From assembly GCA_031423695.1 (NCBI GenBank), contig JANPGB010000592.1, positions 1-43,860 on the forward strand: a stretch of DNA of 43,860 nucleotides. Reading direction: 5' to 3'. This document shows positions 8,920 through 19,742 of this stretch, piece after piece (the first letter of the stretch is position 1; every line of letters begins with the position of its first letter). Made by a program: the position numbers and the translations under genes. The DNA is from Verrucomicrobiota bacterium (GTDB taxonomy: Bacteria; Verrucomicrobiota; Verrucomicrobiia; Limisphaerales; CAIQOK01). The notes beneath the pieces were generated by a model that ran no database searches, had not been told where the DNA came from, and saw nothing but the letters and a program-made list of their open reading frames with translations.

Positions 8920-9768
8920 ATGAAAAAACCATGCTTGTCATCCAGTAACCACAATGGATTCACGTTGATTGAATTGTTGGTGGTCATCGCCATCATTGCC
9001 ATTCTGGCCGCGATGCTGTTGCCGGCGCTTTCCGCAGCCAAGGCCAAGGCCTACCAGATCCAATGCGTCAGCAATCTCAAACAACTTCAATTGGGCTGGC
9101 AAATGTATGCCGTTGATAACAACGATCGGTTGATAGCCAATTCACCGTTGAGTGCCGGTTACAGTTGGTGCGGCGGTTCCGCTGAAGCGTGGGCTGCCAA
9201 TGATGCCAATATCAATTTGGATTATTATCGAACCAATATGATGGCTCCTTACATGGGCGGCCAGTTGGGTGTGTATCGGTGTCCGGCCGACAACATTCCG
9301 TCGGACAACGGCCAGCGGATACGCACCTACTCAATGCAAGGTCAGCTGGGATCCACCCTGAGTTACGGAAATCAAGTTTACGCAAAGAGTTATTTGAAGC
9401 TGGGGCAGATAACCTCCAATCCCGGGACTTCTGACATGATAGTTTTCCTGGAGGAGAGCATGGTCAGCATGAACGACGGTTGGTTGCAGGTTGATAATGC
9501 GTTCACAGCGACACCCGGAACCTATGGCGCGTCAGCGATATTTCCTGACGTGCCGGGTTCCTACCACAAATGGAGTTGTGGCATGTCTTTTGCCGATGGT
9601 CATGCAGAAATTCACAAATGGCAGAATCCAACCCTCAAGATCCCCGTGGTGTATGGCAAAACGCTGTCATCGATGGGAATGCCTGCCGGCATTCCTGCCG
9701 GCAATCCCACGGGGCCTACCGCCACAGATTGGTTGTGGTTCACGTCGCATTGCGCAGGTCACAAGTAG
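8920..9768 (+). CDS. Prepilin-type N-terminal cleavage/methylation protein with H-X9-DG domain (pseudopilin-like)
   Basis: [26 protein letters not shown] follows a short leader; the C-terminal [12 protein letters not shown] is an H-X9-DG-type motif. Start chosen at ATG 8920 (MKKPCLSS); the tracked ORF opens at GTG 8869 inside the terminator. Confidence 0.85.
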   Translation: MKKPCLSSSNHNGFTLIELLVVIAIIAILAAMLLPALSAAKAKAYQIQCVSNLKQLQLGWQMYAVDNNDRLIANSPLSAGYSWCGGSAEAWAANDANINLDYYRTNMMAPYMGGQLGVYRCPADNIPSDNGQRIRTYSMQGQLGSTLSYGNQVYAKSYLKLGQITSNPGTSDMIVFLEESMVSMNDGWLQVDNAFTATPGTYGASAIFPDVPGSYHKWSCGMSFADGHAEIHKWQNPTLKIPVVYGKTLSSMGMPAGIPAGNPTGPTATDWLWFTSHCAGHK

Positions 9769-9793
9769 CCGTGCCCATGGGAAACTAAAGCGA

Positions 9794-10648
9794 ATGCCAG
9801 AGGAAAAAAACTTTCAGCCAGGCCCCCACTGCGGTGCCTTTACATTGATTGAGTTGCTGGTGGTCATCGCCATCATCGCCATTCTGGCGGCGATGCTGCT
9901 GCCCGCGTTGTCCAACGCCAAGGAACGTGCCAAGCGCATCGGCTGCCTCAACAACGAAAAACAGATGGGCCTCGGAAGCCAGATGTTCGCGGACGATGAC
10001 AGCAAGCACGCATTCACTGGCACGTATAATTACGCTGATGATGACATGAACTGGCTTTATCCAACATATTTGCCCGCCCTCAAAGCTTTTGCCTGCCCAT
10101 CAACAAAAAACGAAATTCGAGACACTACGATGCCAATTGTTGCTGGGATGGTCGCCAATCCTAATGCCTATCCTTCCCTTGGGAATCAGTCTGGTGTGGC
10201 GCTGTATTCGGATCGTATTCATGGCACGTCCACATATGTCACAGATTTGACACTTCCTGCGGGGGGCAAAGAGCAGCCCTACGGAAGCAGCTATGAAATT
10301 TCTGGCTACCTGAACAGCTACTTGGTCACTGGAAATAACAACAATAACAAGCGCAAGACCCAAAATGTCTGCGTTCAATATCAAACCACTATCACCTTAT
10401 TGCCCTATGTCTCGCCGCAGCGGATTGGTCCGAGTGACATCTTGATCATTTACGATGACGATGACCGCCATTCAACTGATCCCACGCGTCTCAATGATAA
10501 CTATCCTGATAAGGGAGACAATCACGGCAACGCCGGTGGCAATATGGTATTTTGCGACGGCCACGCTCAGTGGGTCTCGCAGAAAAATTACATACAAACC
10601 TTCAGTCACGGCACGGACGAATATCCATCCACCTGGCCGCTGCAATGA
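9794..10648 (+). CDS. Prepilin-type N-terminal cleavage/methylation protein with H-X9-DG domain (pseudopilin-like)
   Basis: [26 protein letters not shown] near the N-terminus and C-terminal [11 protein letters not shown]. The start ATG at 9794 lies 25 nt after the previous stop; the tracked ORF from 9491 is an out-of-context extension. It contains an Asn run (GNNNNNK). Confidence 0.85.
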   Translation: MPEEKNFQPGPHCGAFTLIELLVVIAIIAILAAMLLPALSNAKERAKRIGCLNNEKQMGLGSQMFADDDSKHAFTGTYNYADDDMNWLYPTYLPALKAFACPSTKNEIRDTTMPIVAGMVANPNAYPSLGNQSGVALYSDRIHGTSTYVTDLTLPAGGKEQPYGSSYEISGYLNSYLVTGNNNNNKRKTQNVCVQYQTTITLLPYVSPQRIGPSDILIIYDDDDRHSTDPTRLNDNYPDKGDNHGNAGGNMVFCDGHAQWVSQKNYIQTFSHGTDEYPSTWPLQ

Positions 10649-10723
10649 TTGAGCGCCAAAACCCCGAAATTTCCGGTGGGAGCGAATGGGGCTGTGACTT
10701 TCCATAGAAGACTTAATTAAGTG

Positions 10724-11794
10724 TCAAAGACGATTTTCTCGGCCACGCGGACTGACTTGCAGTCCGCGTTTTTCTTTGGCGGTGGCAAACGAGAGGATTC
10801 CCTTTTCCGCCGTCACACCGGCAAACGGGTCGTTCGTGATCAGAAGATTTCCGTCCACGTCCAGAAAGTCCGCCAGTTCCGCCAGGTGCGCGGCGGCGCT
10901 GACCAAAACACTCGTTTCGATCATGCAGCCGATCATCGTTTGCAAACCCGCTCGACGGGCCGCCTTCAACGTCTCGAGCGCCATGCTCACGCCGCCGGTC
11001 TTGACCAGCTTCACATTAACCCCGTGGAAACATTCGGCGCAGCGCGGGACGTCCTTCACCGTGTGGCAGGATTCATCTGCAAACAATGGCAGCGGTGAGC
11101 GGTCCTTGAGCCACTTCAAATCCGTGTCGCTGGCCGTGCGCGGCATGGGCTGCTCGACGAACTGGATTTTTTGGTCGGTCGCAACCAGCCACTCCAGCAT
11201 TCGCAGCGCCTCCTCCTTGGTCCCCCAGCCTTCGTTTGCATCCACGCGCACGGGCTTGTCGGGCGCGGCGGAACGCAGCGCGGCGAAATTTTCACGGTCG
11301 CGCGGATCGCCCACCTTGAGCTTGATCACGGGATACGGAGCCGCGTCCAAAACTTTCCGGCGGATGATGTCCGGCGCGTCAATGCCGATGCTGAAGGAAG
11401 TGATGTGATGCCGCTCGCGAAAGCCCAGACCGAGAAGATCATAAAGCGGTTTCCCCGCGCGCTTCGCCGCCCCGTCGAGCAGCGCGATGTTCAGCGCGCA
11501 CCGGGCGGCGAAGGGTATTCCCGGCACGGTTTCTAAATAGCTCATGCTGCCCGGAACATCCGCGAATGATAGTTTGTGCGCGTCCAGGTGCGGGAGAAAT
11601 TTCAGGAGGCCGTCAGCAGATTCCCCATACAAGGAAGATGGCGCGGCCTCGCCGAGGGCGTTCAAGCCGTCGCCATCTGTGAGTTCCACGATGACGGTGC
11701 GGTGGGTGCCGGAGCCTTTGGTGCTGGCGATCTTCCAGGGATTGGCGAGCAGCAACTCGCACGGATAGGCGGTCAGTTTCACCCCCAAATACAA
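10724..11794 (-). CDS. L-Ala-D/L-Glu (dipeptide) epimerase, enolase superfamily
   Basis: MR/MLE-type layout: ...GLNALGEAAP..., VIKLKVG, VRVDANEGW, FVEQPMP, LFADESC, VNVKLVKTGG. The ORF opens at TTG 11794; the GTG at 11782 (M-KLTAYPCELLLANPW) looks like the more family-typical start. Confidence 0.8.
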   Translation of the reverse strand: MYLGVKLTAYPCELLLANPWKIASTKGSGTHRTVIVELTDGDGLNALGEAAPSSLYGESADGLLKFLPHLDAHKLSFADVPGSMSYLETVPGIPFAARCALNIALLDGAAKRAGKPLYDLLGLGFRERHHITSFSIGIDAPDIIRRKVLDAAPYPVIKLKVGDPRDRENFAALRSAAPDKPVRVDANEGWGTKEEALRMLEWLVATDQKIQFVEQPMPRTASDTDLKWLKDRSPLPLFADESCHTVKDVPRCAECFHGVNVKLVKTGGVSMALETLKAARRAGLQTMIGCMIETSVLVSAAAHLAELADFLDVDGNLLITNDPFAGVTAEKGILSFATAKEKRGLQVSPRGRENRL

Positions 11795-11934
11795 ACATAT
11801 TCCGCTCCCAATGCAACTTCATTGAACCCTGCCAGGCAGCACGCTCCTCGCAGTCTGTGTCGCAGGCGATACTCACCCCAACTGGGCGGGAGTCCAGCCC
11901 ACATAGGGCATCACTGGCATTCGTGGTTGCCGAT

Positions 11935-12669
11935 TCAGCCTCCCCGAAGCAATGCCAGCATTTCGCGGACGGCATTCTCCAAACCGACGAACACCGCCCG
12001 GCTGATGATGCTATGACCGATGTTCAATTCCACCAGATGCGGCACGCGATAGAGCGCAGGCAGGTTTGCATAGTTCAAGCCGTGCCCAGCGTTCACTCTC
12101 AAACCCAGCGCATGCGCCTGATTTGCGCCGTTGATCAAACGTTGCAATTCCACCCAGGGCTTTGATCCGTTACCAAAATGTTCCGCGAACCGGCCCGTGT
12201 GCAGTTCAATGAACTGACTGCCCGTGCGCGCGCTGGCGGCAATTTGTTTTTCATCCGGCGCGATGAACAGACTCACCTCAATGCCGGCGTCGTTCATCCG
12301 CCGGCGCGTCTCGGTGATCACCCGCTCTTCCGCCGCCACGTCGAGTCCTCCTTCAGTCGTCACTTCGTGGCGGCGCTCCGGGACCAGACAGACGATCTCG
12401 GGCTTTAGCTTCAAGGCAAGCGCCACGATCTCCGGCACATTGGCCATTTCCAGATTCAAGCGTGTCTGGACCACCTCGCGCAATTCCCTGATGTCTCGAT
12501 CCTGGATGTGCCGCCGGTCCTCACGCAGATGCGCGGTGATGCCGTGCGCGCCGGCGGCTTCACAGATGCGCGCGGCTTCGACGGGGCTGGGTTCGCCGCC
12601 GGACTGCCCGCGGTAGCGCGCTTCCCGGAGGGTCGCGACGTGATCAATATTGACGCCTAGTTTGAGCAT
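11935..12669 (-). CDS. pdxJ: Pyridoxine 5'-phosphate synthase
   Basis: [15 protein letters not shown]...EPSPV...[20 protein letters not shown]...LNLEMA...[17 protein letters not shown]...IELHTG.F...NAGHGLNY is full-length PdxJ-like. Start taken at ATG 12669 ([10 protein letters not shown]). Confidence 0.9.
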   Translation of the reverse strand: MLKLGVNIDHVATLREARYRGQSGGEPSPVEAARICEAAGAHGITAHLREDRRHIQDRDIRELREVVQTRLNLEMANVPEIVALALKLKPEIVCLVPERRHEVTTEGGLDVAAEERVITETRRRMNDAGIEVSLFIAPDEKQIAASARTGSQFIELHTGRFAEHFGNGSKPWVELQRLINGANQAHALGLRVNAGHGLNYANLPALYRVPHLVELNIGHSIISRAVFVGLENAVREMLALLRGG

Positions 12670-12794
12670 AAGAGAAAAGACCGCAGCATCTCTGCCAAAG
12701 CGGGCGGGATTTGGCAAATGGAATAAGCACCGGATTGAGGCCCGCGTGAAGCCAGTGCGAGTTGCATAATGGTTGGGACGGATTACTTTGCTCC

Positions 12795-13268
12795 ATGAAA
12801 ACCATTCCCCTCGTGACCTTCATTGAACTGGAGCCGGCGGTTGTGTTGCAGAAGCGACTCCAACAGGCCGGAGTTTCGGCCACCCTCCACGATGAATCAA
12901 AGCTTGAGCGCTTCTGGTTCATGTCGGCGCCCTTCGCGGCGATTCACTTGGAAGTTCCCCAGCCGCAATACCTGAGCGCCCGGCGGCTGCTGCTGAAATG
13001 GGACAAGGAGGATCACGCGCTGCACAGCGCGGTGCGCTGTCCGGAATGCCAGTCGAGCCGGGTGGAGTTTCCCGCCATGACCCGGAAATTCGTGACGCCA
13101 GTGTTGATGCGTTTGTTCACGACCCTGCATATCTTTCCGGAGGAATTTTACTGCATGGACTGCCATTACACCTGGCCGACGGTCATGGCAATCCAACCAC
13201 AGCTGGACAATCTTAATTGGCCGGTCAATTCCCACATGGGCGACCCCAGAACGGCGCGAAGTCACTAG
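12795..13268 (+). CDS. Hypothetical protein, DUF2007-like N-terminus plus CxxC...CxxC zinc-ribbon
   Basis: 157-aa ORF from the first ATG ([27 protein letters not shown]...). The two cysteine pairs are CPECQ and CMDCH. There is no stronger family assignment by eye. Confidence 0.45.
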   Translation: MKTIPLVTFIELEPAVVLQKRLQQAGVSATLHDESKLERFWFMSAPFAAIHLEVPQPQYLSARRLLLKWDKEDHALHSAVRCPECQSSRVEFPAMTRKFVTPVLMRLFTTLHIFPEEFYCMDCHYTWPTVMAIQPQLDNLNWPVNSHMGDPRTARSH

Positions 13269-13381
13269 CCGGTGCTGGCGGATTTGACTCCGTCATCACC
13301 GAGGCTGGCACCGGCCGGAGACGCAGTTGCGTTCCCGGCCGGTTGACTGTACCGGCCGCCTCAACCAGCAAAGTCAATACA

Positions 13382-13981
13382 ATGTGTATCCCGGCGTCAG
13401 TTGAAATCCCCTCCGGGTATAGTGATAACATTAAAGTTTGCATCACCCTGGCCGAATCTGTTTCTGTGTGGATCGTGTCAAAATTGCGTTCATTCATCAA
13501 ATACTGGCTGCCGGTGGCAATCTGGATGGCGCTGATCTTTTCCGGCTCTGGCGATGCCAAGTCCTCGGCCCATTCCTCGCGGATCATTGTGCCACTGATG
13601 CGGTGGTTGTTCCCACACATTTCCCAGGAGGATCTGGACCTGGTGGTTTTGCTGGTTCGCAAATGCGCCCATCTTACGGAATATGCCGTGCTCGCCTGGC
13701 TGTTCTGGCGGGCGGTGCGCCAGCCCGTGAGACCGGATGCCCGGCCTTGGTCCTGGCAGCTGGCTGGGGGCGCAGTCCTGTTCGTGGCGCTCTACGCAGC
13801 GAGTGATGAGTGGCATCAAACCTTTGTGCCGAACCGGGAAGGCTGCCTCCGCGACGTGATCATTGACACCACCGGCGCGGCGCTGGGGATGGCCGGGCTC
13901 TGGGGATGGCATCTCTGGCGCACACGCCGGCGACGCCTCATTGCTCGCGCAGTCGCAACAGTTGCACGCAGGTCTGGGTGA
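13382..13981 (+). CDS. VanZ-family membrane protein
   Basis: [18 protein letters not shown]..., [18 protein letters not shown], and [31 protein letters not shown] are VanZ-like. The start is uncertain: ATG 13382, or GTG 13466/13475 just before the first TM helix. Confidence 0.7.
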   Translation: MCIPASVEIPSGYSDNIKVCITLAESVSVWIVSKLRSFIKYWLPVAIWMALIFSGSGDAKSSAHSSRIIVPLMRWLFPHISQEDLDLVVLLVRKCAHLTEYAVLAWLFWRAVRQPVRPDARPWSWQLAGGAVLFVALYAASDEWHQTFVPNREGCLRDVIIDTTGAALGMAGLWGWHLWRTRRRRLIARAVATVARRSG

Positions 13982-16478
13982 AGGCGGTGTCGAGTTCGGC
14001 CAGAAGATTTCCCAAGTTTTCCGACCCGCCGGAATTGGCCAGGACTTCAAGTCGCTTGGAAAGCTCCACCATCCGCTTGGCGCCCAGATTGAGGCTCATG
14101 CTTTTCAAGGCATGCGCATGAAAGGCCAGTTTGGACAAGTTGTTACGGCTGACTTTTATCTGGGTGATCGTGAGCGGGGCGCTCTCAAAAAACAGATCCA
14201 CCAGCTCGCGCACAATGTTGACGCCATCAGCGGGCGGCATATCGCGCAATTCGGTCAGGATGCTTTCGTCCAGCAGTGGTTCCGTCGGCATGGGCAAGGA
14301 GCGTCGCAGAAAGGAAGTGTCGGGCTTCCGGACTCGGGTCGGGCCCCAATGCTCCAAGGACTGCTGCAAGCCGGCGAGGCGAACGGGCTTGGTGATGTAA
14401 TCGTCCATCCCGGCGGCGAGGCACTTTTCCCGGTCGCCCATCAGGGCATTGCCAGTCATGGCGATGATGCACGGGCGCTCGTCCACCGGCCAGCGTTTGC
14501 AAATCTCCCGCGCCGCCTGCAGACCATCCATCTCCGGCATCTGCACATCGAGGAACATCAAGTCGTAGACCTGGCGTTCGAGCGCAGCCAGAACTTCCAA
14601 GCCGTTGTTGGCAATGTCGGCCCGATAGCCGAGTTTTTGCAGGATGCTCAGGCCGACTTTCTGGTTGATCAGGTTGTCGTCTGCCAGGAGGATGCGCAGC
14701 GGCATCCGGCGGGCGAGCTCACCGTCCAGCGCGGGCACAGTCGACGTTTTTTTTTCCAGCTGCGGCTGAAGGTTCAGGGCGCGGCAGAGGACCTCCAGCA
14801 GTTGCGCGGGCCGGATGGGTTTGTGAACCAGGCCCGCGATGCCGGCGTGGGCCGAGCGGAGGTCGCCGTTGCGCAGGCGCACCGAGGACAGCAGCAGCAG
14901 GGGTAGATTTTCCCCCGCGGGATGCTCACGGATTTTTTCCACCAACGCGAGCGCATCCACATCAGGAAGCTGCAGATCGATGATCCCCGCGTCAAAAGTC
15001 TTGCCCTCGGCGAGGAGCTTCAACGTCTCCACACCATTGGCCGCGCCGTGGACCTGCAGCCCCCATTGGGTGGCCCGGTGGTGGAGGAGGCGCTGATTGA
15101 AAGCGTTGTCCTCCACGATCAGCAACTGCCGGCCGGCCAGTTCCGGTTGTGCCGCTTGCCAGGTGGGCGGCGCGTGCGTGGCGGCTGAGCGCAGTACCAC
15201 GGTGAAATGAAAGGTGGCCCCGGCGTCGGTATCGCTTTCCACCCAGATTTTTCCGGCCATCAGCTCCGTGAGCTGTTTGCAAATCGCCAGCCCCAGGCCG
15301 GTGCCGCCGTAATGCCGCGTCGTCGAGGCGTCCACCTGTTGGAAGGATTTGAAGAGCCGCTCCTGCTTGTCGGGGGGAATGCCAATCCCGGTGTCGCGCA
15401 CGCAGAAGTGCAGCAGCCACTGTTCGGGGTGGCGGAGAAACTCCGTGTCCTGCTTGTGGCCCGGCTCCAGCCGGCGCGGCCCCTGCGCCGAAGGGAACAC
15501 CTCGACGACCACCTCGCCAGCCGGCGTGAATTTCACCGCATTGCTGATCAGATTGACCAGGATCTGCCGGAGCCGGGTGGAGTCTCCCACCAGGATTTTC
15601 GGAATCAAATCGTCCACGACATAGGCCAGGTCGAGATTTTTCTCCGCCGCCTTGGGCGCGAGCAGGTCCAGCGCCTCCTCGATGCAGGTGTGCAGCTCGA
15701 ACGGATGATTTTCCAGCTCCAGCTTGCCGGATTCGATTTTGGAAAAATCGAGAATGTCGTTGATGATCGTCAGCAGGGCGTCGGCGCTGCTGCGCGTGGC
15801 CTCGACATACTCGCGCTGTTCCTCCGTCAGATCGGTTTCGAGGAGCAAGCCGGTCATGCCAATGACCCCATTCATCGGTGTGCGGATCTCGTGGCTCATG
15901 TTGGCCAGGAACTCGGACTTGGCGAGCGTGGCCTCCTCCAGCTTTTGATTCAGCGCCACGAGCGCGGCGTTGCTCTCCACCCATTGCCGCTGGCTCTCGC
16001 GCAACGCCCGGTAGGCGGCGTCCCGTTGCCGCTGGTTCACGTAGGCTTTGGAATGGTAACGGATGCGAGCGACCAACTCAGCCTGGTCGGGCAGTTTCAC
16101 CAGGAAATCGTTCGCGCCCAGGGCAAACACCCGGCTGCGCACAGCGGCGCTTTCCGTCGGTGATAGGATGATGACCGGAATGTCCCGCGTGGCCGGATGT
16201 GTGCGCAATTGATCGATGGCGGAATAGACTTGGACGTCCGGTTGGGCGAGATCATGCAGGATCACCGTAGGATGCAGCTGGCTGGCCAGTTGAATGGCGG
16301 CGGCGGGTTCGACACAGTAATGGAATTCCAGATGGCTCTCGCCGGCCAGCCGGTCACGAATCTCGCCGGCGACCGCTGTCCGGTCGCCCACCAGCAACAC
16401 ACAAACCTGATGCCCGGAGAACTGCGCGCCCGGATCCGCAGGTGGATGGAGCGTGGCGATCTGAGTTAGGTCTGGCAT
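13938..16478 (-). CDS. Hybrid sensor histidine kinase: REC-coiled coil-HisKA-HATPase-REC-REC-HPt
   Basis: H-box is [19 protein letters not shown], with the N/G boxes [11 protein letters not shown] and [10 protein letters not shown]. Receivers are at the N-terminus (VILHDL), and at LLIVEDN...IIDLQLPD and ILLADDN...[12 protein letters not shown]. The C-terminal HPt is [15 protein letters not shown]. The ORF opens at TTG 16484; the first ATG is 16478. Confidence 0.9.
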   Translation of the reverse strand: MPDLTQIATLHPPADPGAQFSGHQVCVLLVGDRTAVAGEIRDRLAGESHLEFHYCVEPAAAIQLASQLHPTVILHDLAQPDVQVYSAIDQLRTHPATRDIPVIILSPTESAAVRSRVFALGANDFLVKLPDQAELVARIRYHSKAYVNQRQRDAAYRALRESQRQWVESNAALVALNQKLEEATLAKSEFLANMSHEIRTPMNGVIGMTGLLLETDLTEEQREYVEATRSSADALLTIINDILDFSKIESGKLELENHPFELHTCIEEALDLLAPKAAEKNLDLAYVVDDLIPKILVGDSTRLRQILVNLISNAVKFTPAGEVVVEVFPSAQGPRRLEPGHKQDTEFLRHPEQWLLHFCVRDTGIGIPPDKQERLFKSFQQVDASTTRHYGGTGLGLAICKQLTELMAGKIWVESDTDAGATFHFTVVLRSAATHAPPTWQAAQPELAGRQLLIVEDNAFNQRLLHHRATQWGLQVHGAANGVETLKLLAEGKTFDAGIIDLQLPDVDALALVEKIREHPAGENLPLLLLSSVRLRNGDLRSAHAGIAGLVHKPIRPAQLLEVLCRALNLQPQLEKKTSTVPALDGELARRMPLRILLADDNLINQKVGLSILQKLGYRADIANNGLEVLAALERQVYDLMFLDVQMPEMDGLQAAREICKRWPVDERPCIIAMTGNALMGDREKCLAAGMDDYITKPVRLAGLQQSLEHWGPTRVRKPDTSFLRRSLPMPTEPLLDESILTELRDMPPADGVNIVRELVDLFFESAPLTITQIKVSRNNLSKLAFHAHALKSMSLNLGAKRMVELSKRLEVLANSGGSENLGNLLAELDTAFTQTCVQLLRLREQ

Positions 16479-16646
16479 GGTCAATCAGTTTCTTTAGGCG
16501 CCGCCAGCCTAACCGCTCGCGCGCGAAAAACAAGGCTGCTGTCCGGCGCGTCCATGCCAGCGGACCTGAGAAATGAGGGCGCGTCAGCGCAGCACAGCGC
16601 GGACGGGCACACACGGTGATTGGCCATGCCGGCCCACCGTTCGTCA

Positions 16647-17795
16647 TTACGGCTCCACCCGCACCGGCATGCCGATCCACACCAGCTTGAGCAGTTGTTC
16701 CGCGTTCCAATTGGCGAGTCGGAAGCAGCCGTGCGATTCCGTGCGGCCCACCATTTCAGGACTCGGCGTGCCGTGCATCCCGTAACCCGGTTTATCCAGA
16801 CCGATCCAGACCACCCCGACCGGGTTGTTCGGGCCGGGATTCAAAATCAACTTCATTTTCAACTGCTGCGCCTCGGACGATTCCGGGAACACCGCCGGAT
16901 CAAACGTGTAGTTTGGATTCGGCGCGACCACCGCGACGCGCAGTTCGCCCACCGGCCGTTTCTCGGCGCGCTGCGCGATGCTGCAGGGGAAATGCGCCAG
17001 CAGATTTGTGCCGGCATCGAACGCCTCGATGGCCTTTTCCGCGAGACTGATTCTCATGAAGGCCGCCTTGCCGGTCGGTTCGGCACGGTGCGCGTCGGGC
17101 AGCTGCAACACAGTCCCGGCCATGACATTCGTCCAGTCCACGCGCGGATTCAGCCGGCGTATCAAAGCCGGGTGAGCGTGGGCCTGCTCGGCGACAAGCT
17201 CCAAAATCGACTCGTAGTCAAGGGTGGTCTGCTGGGATTTGGCCAGCCAGGTCCGGCCCAACGGTTGCAGCCGCGCGAAGTCATTGGAGGTGACGGCGTA
17301 AGTCACGAACGGCGGCGCCGTCAATACCAGCTTTGCTGTGGTGGCCGCATCCAGCTCCCCGGTGGCGGGAACTTTTTCCTGCTGTTGAAACGCCCGGAGG
17401 GCCGCGCGGGTCTGCACGCCGCTTTTACCATCGAGCGAGCCGGAGGAAATGCCGAGCCGATCGAGCACGAGTTGCGCTTCGAAAACCGTCTGGGCCGGGC
17501 GCGGCAAACTGTCGGGCGGAGTTCCTGCCGGCGCGGGCGCGGCGAAAAAAACATTGGTGGCGTTGCTGCGGGCCGGCGCGTTCGTCCGCGTCCCGTCAAT
17601 CACCGGTGCGGGCGAATCGGCGGACTGTCTGCGCGCCGTTTTTTTTGCAGCACTTTTTTGGGGACCGGCCGGTTGGGCGGCGTGCCACCAGACCCAGCCG
17701 AGGGCGGCGGCGGCGAGGAGCGCTAGGCTCCAGAAGAAGCCGCTGTTCGGCGACCGGCGGGAATCGGGCAGGCGATATCTTTTCTGCGGCGGCAC
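16647..17795 (-). CDS. L,D-transpeptidase (YkuD domain) with peptidoglycan-binding domain, membrane-anchored
   Basis: C-terminal catalytic motif GMHGTPSPEMVGRTESHGCFRL, and a PG_binding_1-like GVQTRAALRAFQQQEKVPATGELD. The TM anchor is FFWSLALLAAAALGWVWW. The open frame continues to 18329, but that part is antisense to kef. The GTG at 17795 is the first plausible start after it; the start is uncertain. Confidence 0.75.
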   Translation of the reverse strand: MPPQKRYRLPDSRRSPNSGFFWSLALLAAAALGWVWWHAAQPAGPQKSAAKKTARRQSADSPAPVIDGTRTNAPARSNATNVFFAAPAPAGTPPDSLPRPAQTVFEAQLVLDRLGISSGSLDGKSGVQTRAALRAFQQQEKVPATGELDAATTAKLVLTAPPFVTYAVTSNDFARLQPLGRTWLAKSQQTTLDYESILELVAEQAHAHPALIRRLNPRVDWTNVMAGTVLQLPDAHRAEPTGKAAFMRISLAEKAIEAFDAGTNLLAHFPCSIAQRAEKRPVGELRVAVVAPNPNYTFDPAVFPESSEAQQLKMKLILNPGPNNPVGVVWIGLDKPGYGMHGTPSPEMVGRTESHGCFRLANWNAEQLLKLVWIGMPVRVEP

Positions 17796-17994
17796 GGCTG
17801 AAGTTAGCCATGAAGCGGCGGATTGCCCAAGCAAGAAGTGCGCGGGGAAATTGTTTGGAGCGCGGCGGCGGATCCGAGTAAAGCCACCAAGTTCGCCAGG
17901 CGAATCGGGGGAAAGGCCCGACGGCAGCCGTCCGCCAGCGGCGGCCAAATGCAATCTCGACGCAGCCTTGGGCGGTTGGCTAATCTCCGCCAGC

Positions 17995-19704
17995 GTGAAT
18001 CCACTGATTGGTGATATTGCCCTATGCATCATTGCGGCCTGGGTCGTGGCGGTGGCCGGCCAGACGGTCAAGCAACCGTTGCTCATGGCGTATCTGCTGG
18101 CGGGTTTTCTCATCGGTCCGCACGGCTTCAAATGGGTCACGGACGCCCATTCTATCGAGACCATCGCCAGCATTGGCCTGATTCTGCTGCTGTTCATGAT
18201 CGGACTGGAGATGGACTTGAACAAGATGTTCAGCGCGGGCAAAGCCATCACCATTACGGCGGCGGCGCAGATCTTCGGCTGCATTGCGCTGGGCTGGCTG
18301 TTCTTCCGCATCCCGGGCTTTGGGGGCAACTGGCTGGAAGCCTTCTACCTCGCCGTGGCGGCGGCGATGAGCAGCACGATCATCATCGTCAAAATTCTCT
18401 ACGACAAACATGAGCTCGAAACGTTGGCGGGCCGCATCACGCTCGGCGTGCTGGTGCTGCAGGATCTGGTCACGATCATGTTTCTGGCCGTCCAGCCGAA
18501 TCTGAAAAATCCGGCGGTCAGCATTTTGGCCATCGCCTTCGCGAAAGTGCTGCTGCTGGTGGGCGTGGCGTACGTGGTGAGCCGGTTTGTGCTGCCGCAT
18601 ATTTTCCGGTTTGTCGCGCGGCAACCGGAACAGGTGCTGGTCGGCGCGCTGGCGTGGTGCTTTGCCGTGGCGGGTTTTGCAGGCTGGCTCCATCTCTCGC
18701 CGGAAATGGGCGCGCTGATCGCCGGGGTGATGGTCTCCACATTTCCGTACACGCTGGACGTGGTGGCCAAGGTGACGAGCCTGCGCGATTTTTTTGTCAC
18801 CCTGTTTTTTGTCAGCCTGGGCATGACGATTCCCGTGCCGACGTGGAATCTGCTTTTGTACATGCTGGTGTTCAGCCTGTTTCTGGTTGGGAGCCGGCTG
18901 CTCACGGTCTTTGTGCCGCTGTATAAGATGAAGATGGGTCACCGGGTCAGCCTGCTGCCGGCGATCAACCTCTGCCAGATCAGCGAACTTTCGCTCGTGC
19001 TGCTCACGCTCGGGAGGCGCAGCGGGGATGTCTCGGAGAATTCCATCAACATCGCCGCCATCGCGTTCGCCTTTCTGGCGGTGGATTCCACGTACGCGAT
19101 CTTTGGCAGCGAGGTGCTCCTGCGCAAGACCTCGCTCTGGTTGAAATATTTCGGCCTGCCGGACCTCAAGGACGCCGGCACCGGCACCAAGAAGGCCGCC
19201 CAAGGCAAACGCATTTTTATTCTGGGTTTTTGCTGGACGGCCAGCTCCCTGTTGGAGGAGATCACACGGCAGAAGCCGACGTTACTGCAGGAGATCCAGG
19301 TCGTGGATTTCAATCCGCACGTCATTGAGCAACTACGCCGGCGGGGCGTGCCGGTGGTCTATGGCGACATCAGCCAGCGCGATGTGTTGCTGCACGCGGG
19401 TGTGGTCAACGCCCAACTCATCATTTGCACCTTGCCGGACATCATCCTCAAGGGCGCCAGCAATTTCAAACTGCTGCGCCAGTTGCGCGAATTGAATCCC
19501 ACGGCAAAAATCGTGGTGCATGCGGAACACCTCACCACGATTCCCGCACTCTACGCGGCAGGGGCCGATTATGTGACCGCCCCGCGCCTGCTGGAGGCCG
19601 CCGATCTGGTGAAGGTGATTGAAGCCGCCGACAAGAATCTGCTGGAGGAAAAGCGCAAGGAGCAGATTGAACTGCTGGAGGAACGCCGCGAGGTGATTTC
19701 CTGA
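17995..19704 (+). CDS. CPA2-family monovalent cation:proton antiporter with C-terminal RCK/TrkA-N domain (Kef-type)
   Basis: Multi-TM region (LLAGFLIGPHGFKWV..., IGLILLLFMIGLEMDL, ...) followed by a Rossmann-like KRIFILGFCWTASSLLEEI...VVDFNPHVIEQLRRRGVPVVYGDISQRDVL. The open frame begins at 17449; the GTG at 17995 (M-NPLIGDIALCII) sits just before TM1. The start is uncertain. Confidence 0.8.
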   Translation: MNPLIGDIALCIIAAWVVAVAGQTVKQPLLMAYLLAGFLIGPHGFKWVTDAHSIETIASIGLILLLFMIGLEMDLNKMFSAGKAITITAAAQIFGCIALGWLFFRIPGFGGNWLEAFYLAVAAAMSSTIIIVKILYDKHELETLAGRITLGVLVLQDLVTIMFLAVQPNLKNPAVSILAIAFAKVLLLVGVAYVVSRFVLPHIFRFVARQPEQVLVGALAWCFAVAGFAGWLHLSPEMGALIAGVMVSTFPYTLDVVAKVTSLRDFFVTLFFVSLGMTIPVPTWNLLLYMLVFSLFLVGSRLLTVFVPLYKMKMGHRVSLLPAINLCQISELSLVLLTLGRRSGDVSENSINIAAIAFAFLAVDSTYAIFGSEVLLRKTSLWLKYFGLPDLKDAGTGTKKAAQGKRIFILGFCWTASSLLEEITRQKPTLLQEIQVVDFNPHVIEQLRRRGVPVVYGDISQRDVLLHAGVVNAQLIICTLPDIILKGASNFKLLRQLRELNPTAKIVVHAEHLTTIPALYAAGADYVTAPRLLEAADLVKVIEAADKNLLEEKRKEQIELLEERREVIS

Positions 19705-19742
19705 CACAAAGTCCAGACCCAGCCCGAGGAAATAAATCTTCC

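Noticed and set aside
8956-9033. ~75-nt repeat shared by 8956-9033 and 9833-9912, considered as a possible mobile-element end or CRISPR-like repeat.
   Set aside because: It is the conserved prepilin-type N-terminal methylation/TM-helix coding segment ([25 protein letters not shown]) of two paralogous genes. It is in frame in both and is not an array.
11915-11930. TGGCAT-N6-TTGC sigma-54-like string in the pdxJ / epimerase intergenic region.
   Set aside because: GG to GC spacing is one base too long. The element points into the antisense of pdxJ, with no plus-strand gene downstream.
13301-13335. TGGCAC ... TTGC in the 13269-13381 intergenic region, considered as a sigma-54 promoter for the VanZ gene.
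   Set aside because: The TGGCAC and TTGC blocks are about 15 nt apart instead of 5, so GG and GC are not in the required register.
17796-18329. N-terminal 178 codons of the tracked 560-aa L,D-transpeptidase ORF. The reciprocal case is the 17449-17994 extension of the antiporter ORF.
   Set aside because: The two extensions overlap each other on opposite strands. The transpeptidase extension is antisense to the antiporter's first TM helices, and neither extension has family-like sequence. Starts at GTG 17795 and GTG 17995 give sensible N-termini and a ~200-bp divergent intergenic region. The exact starts remain uncertain.
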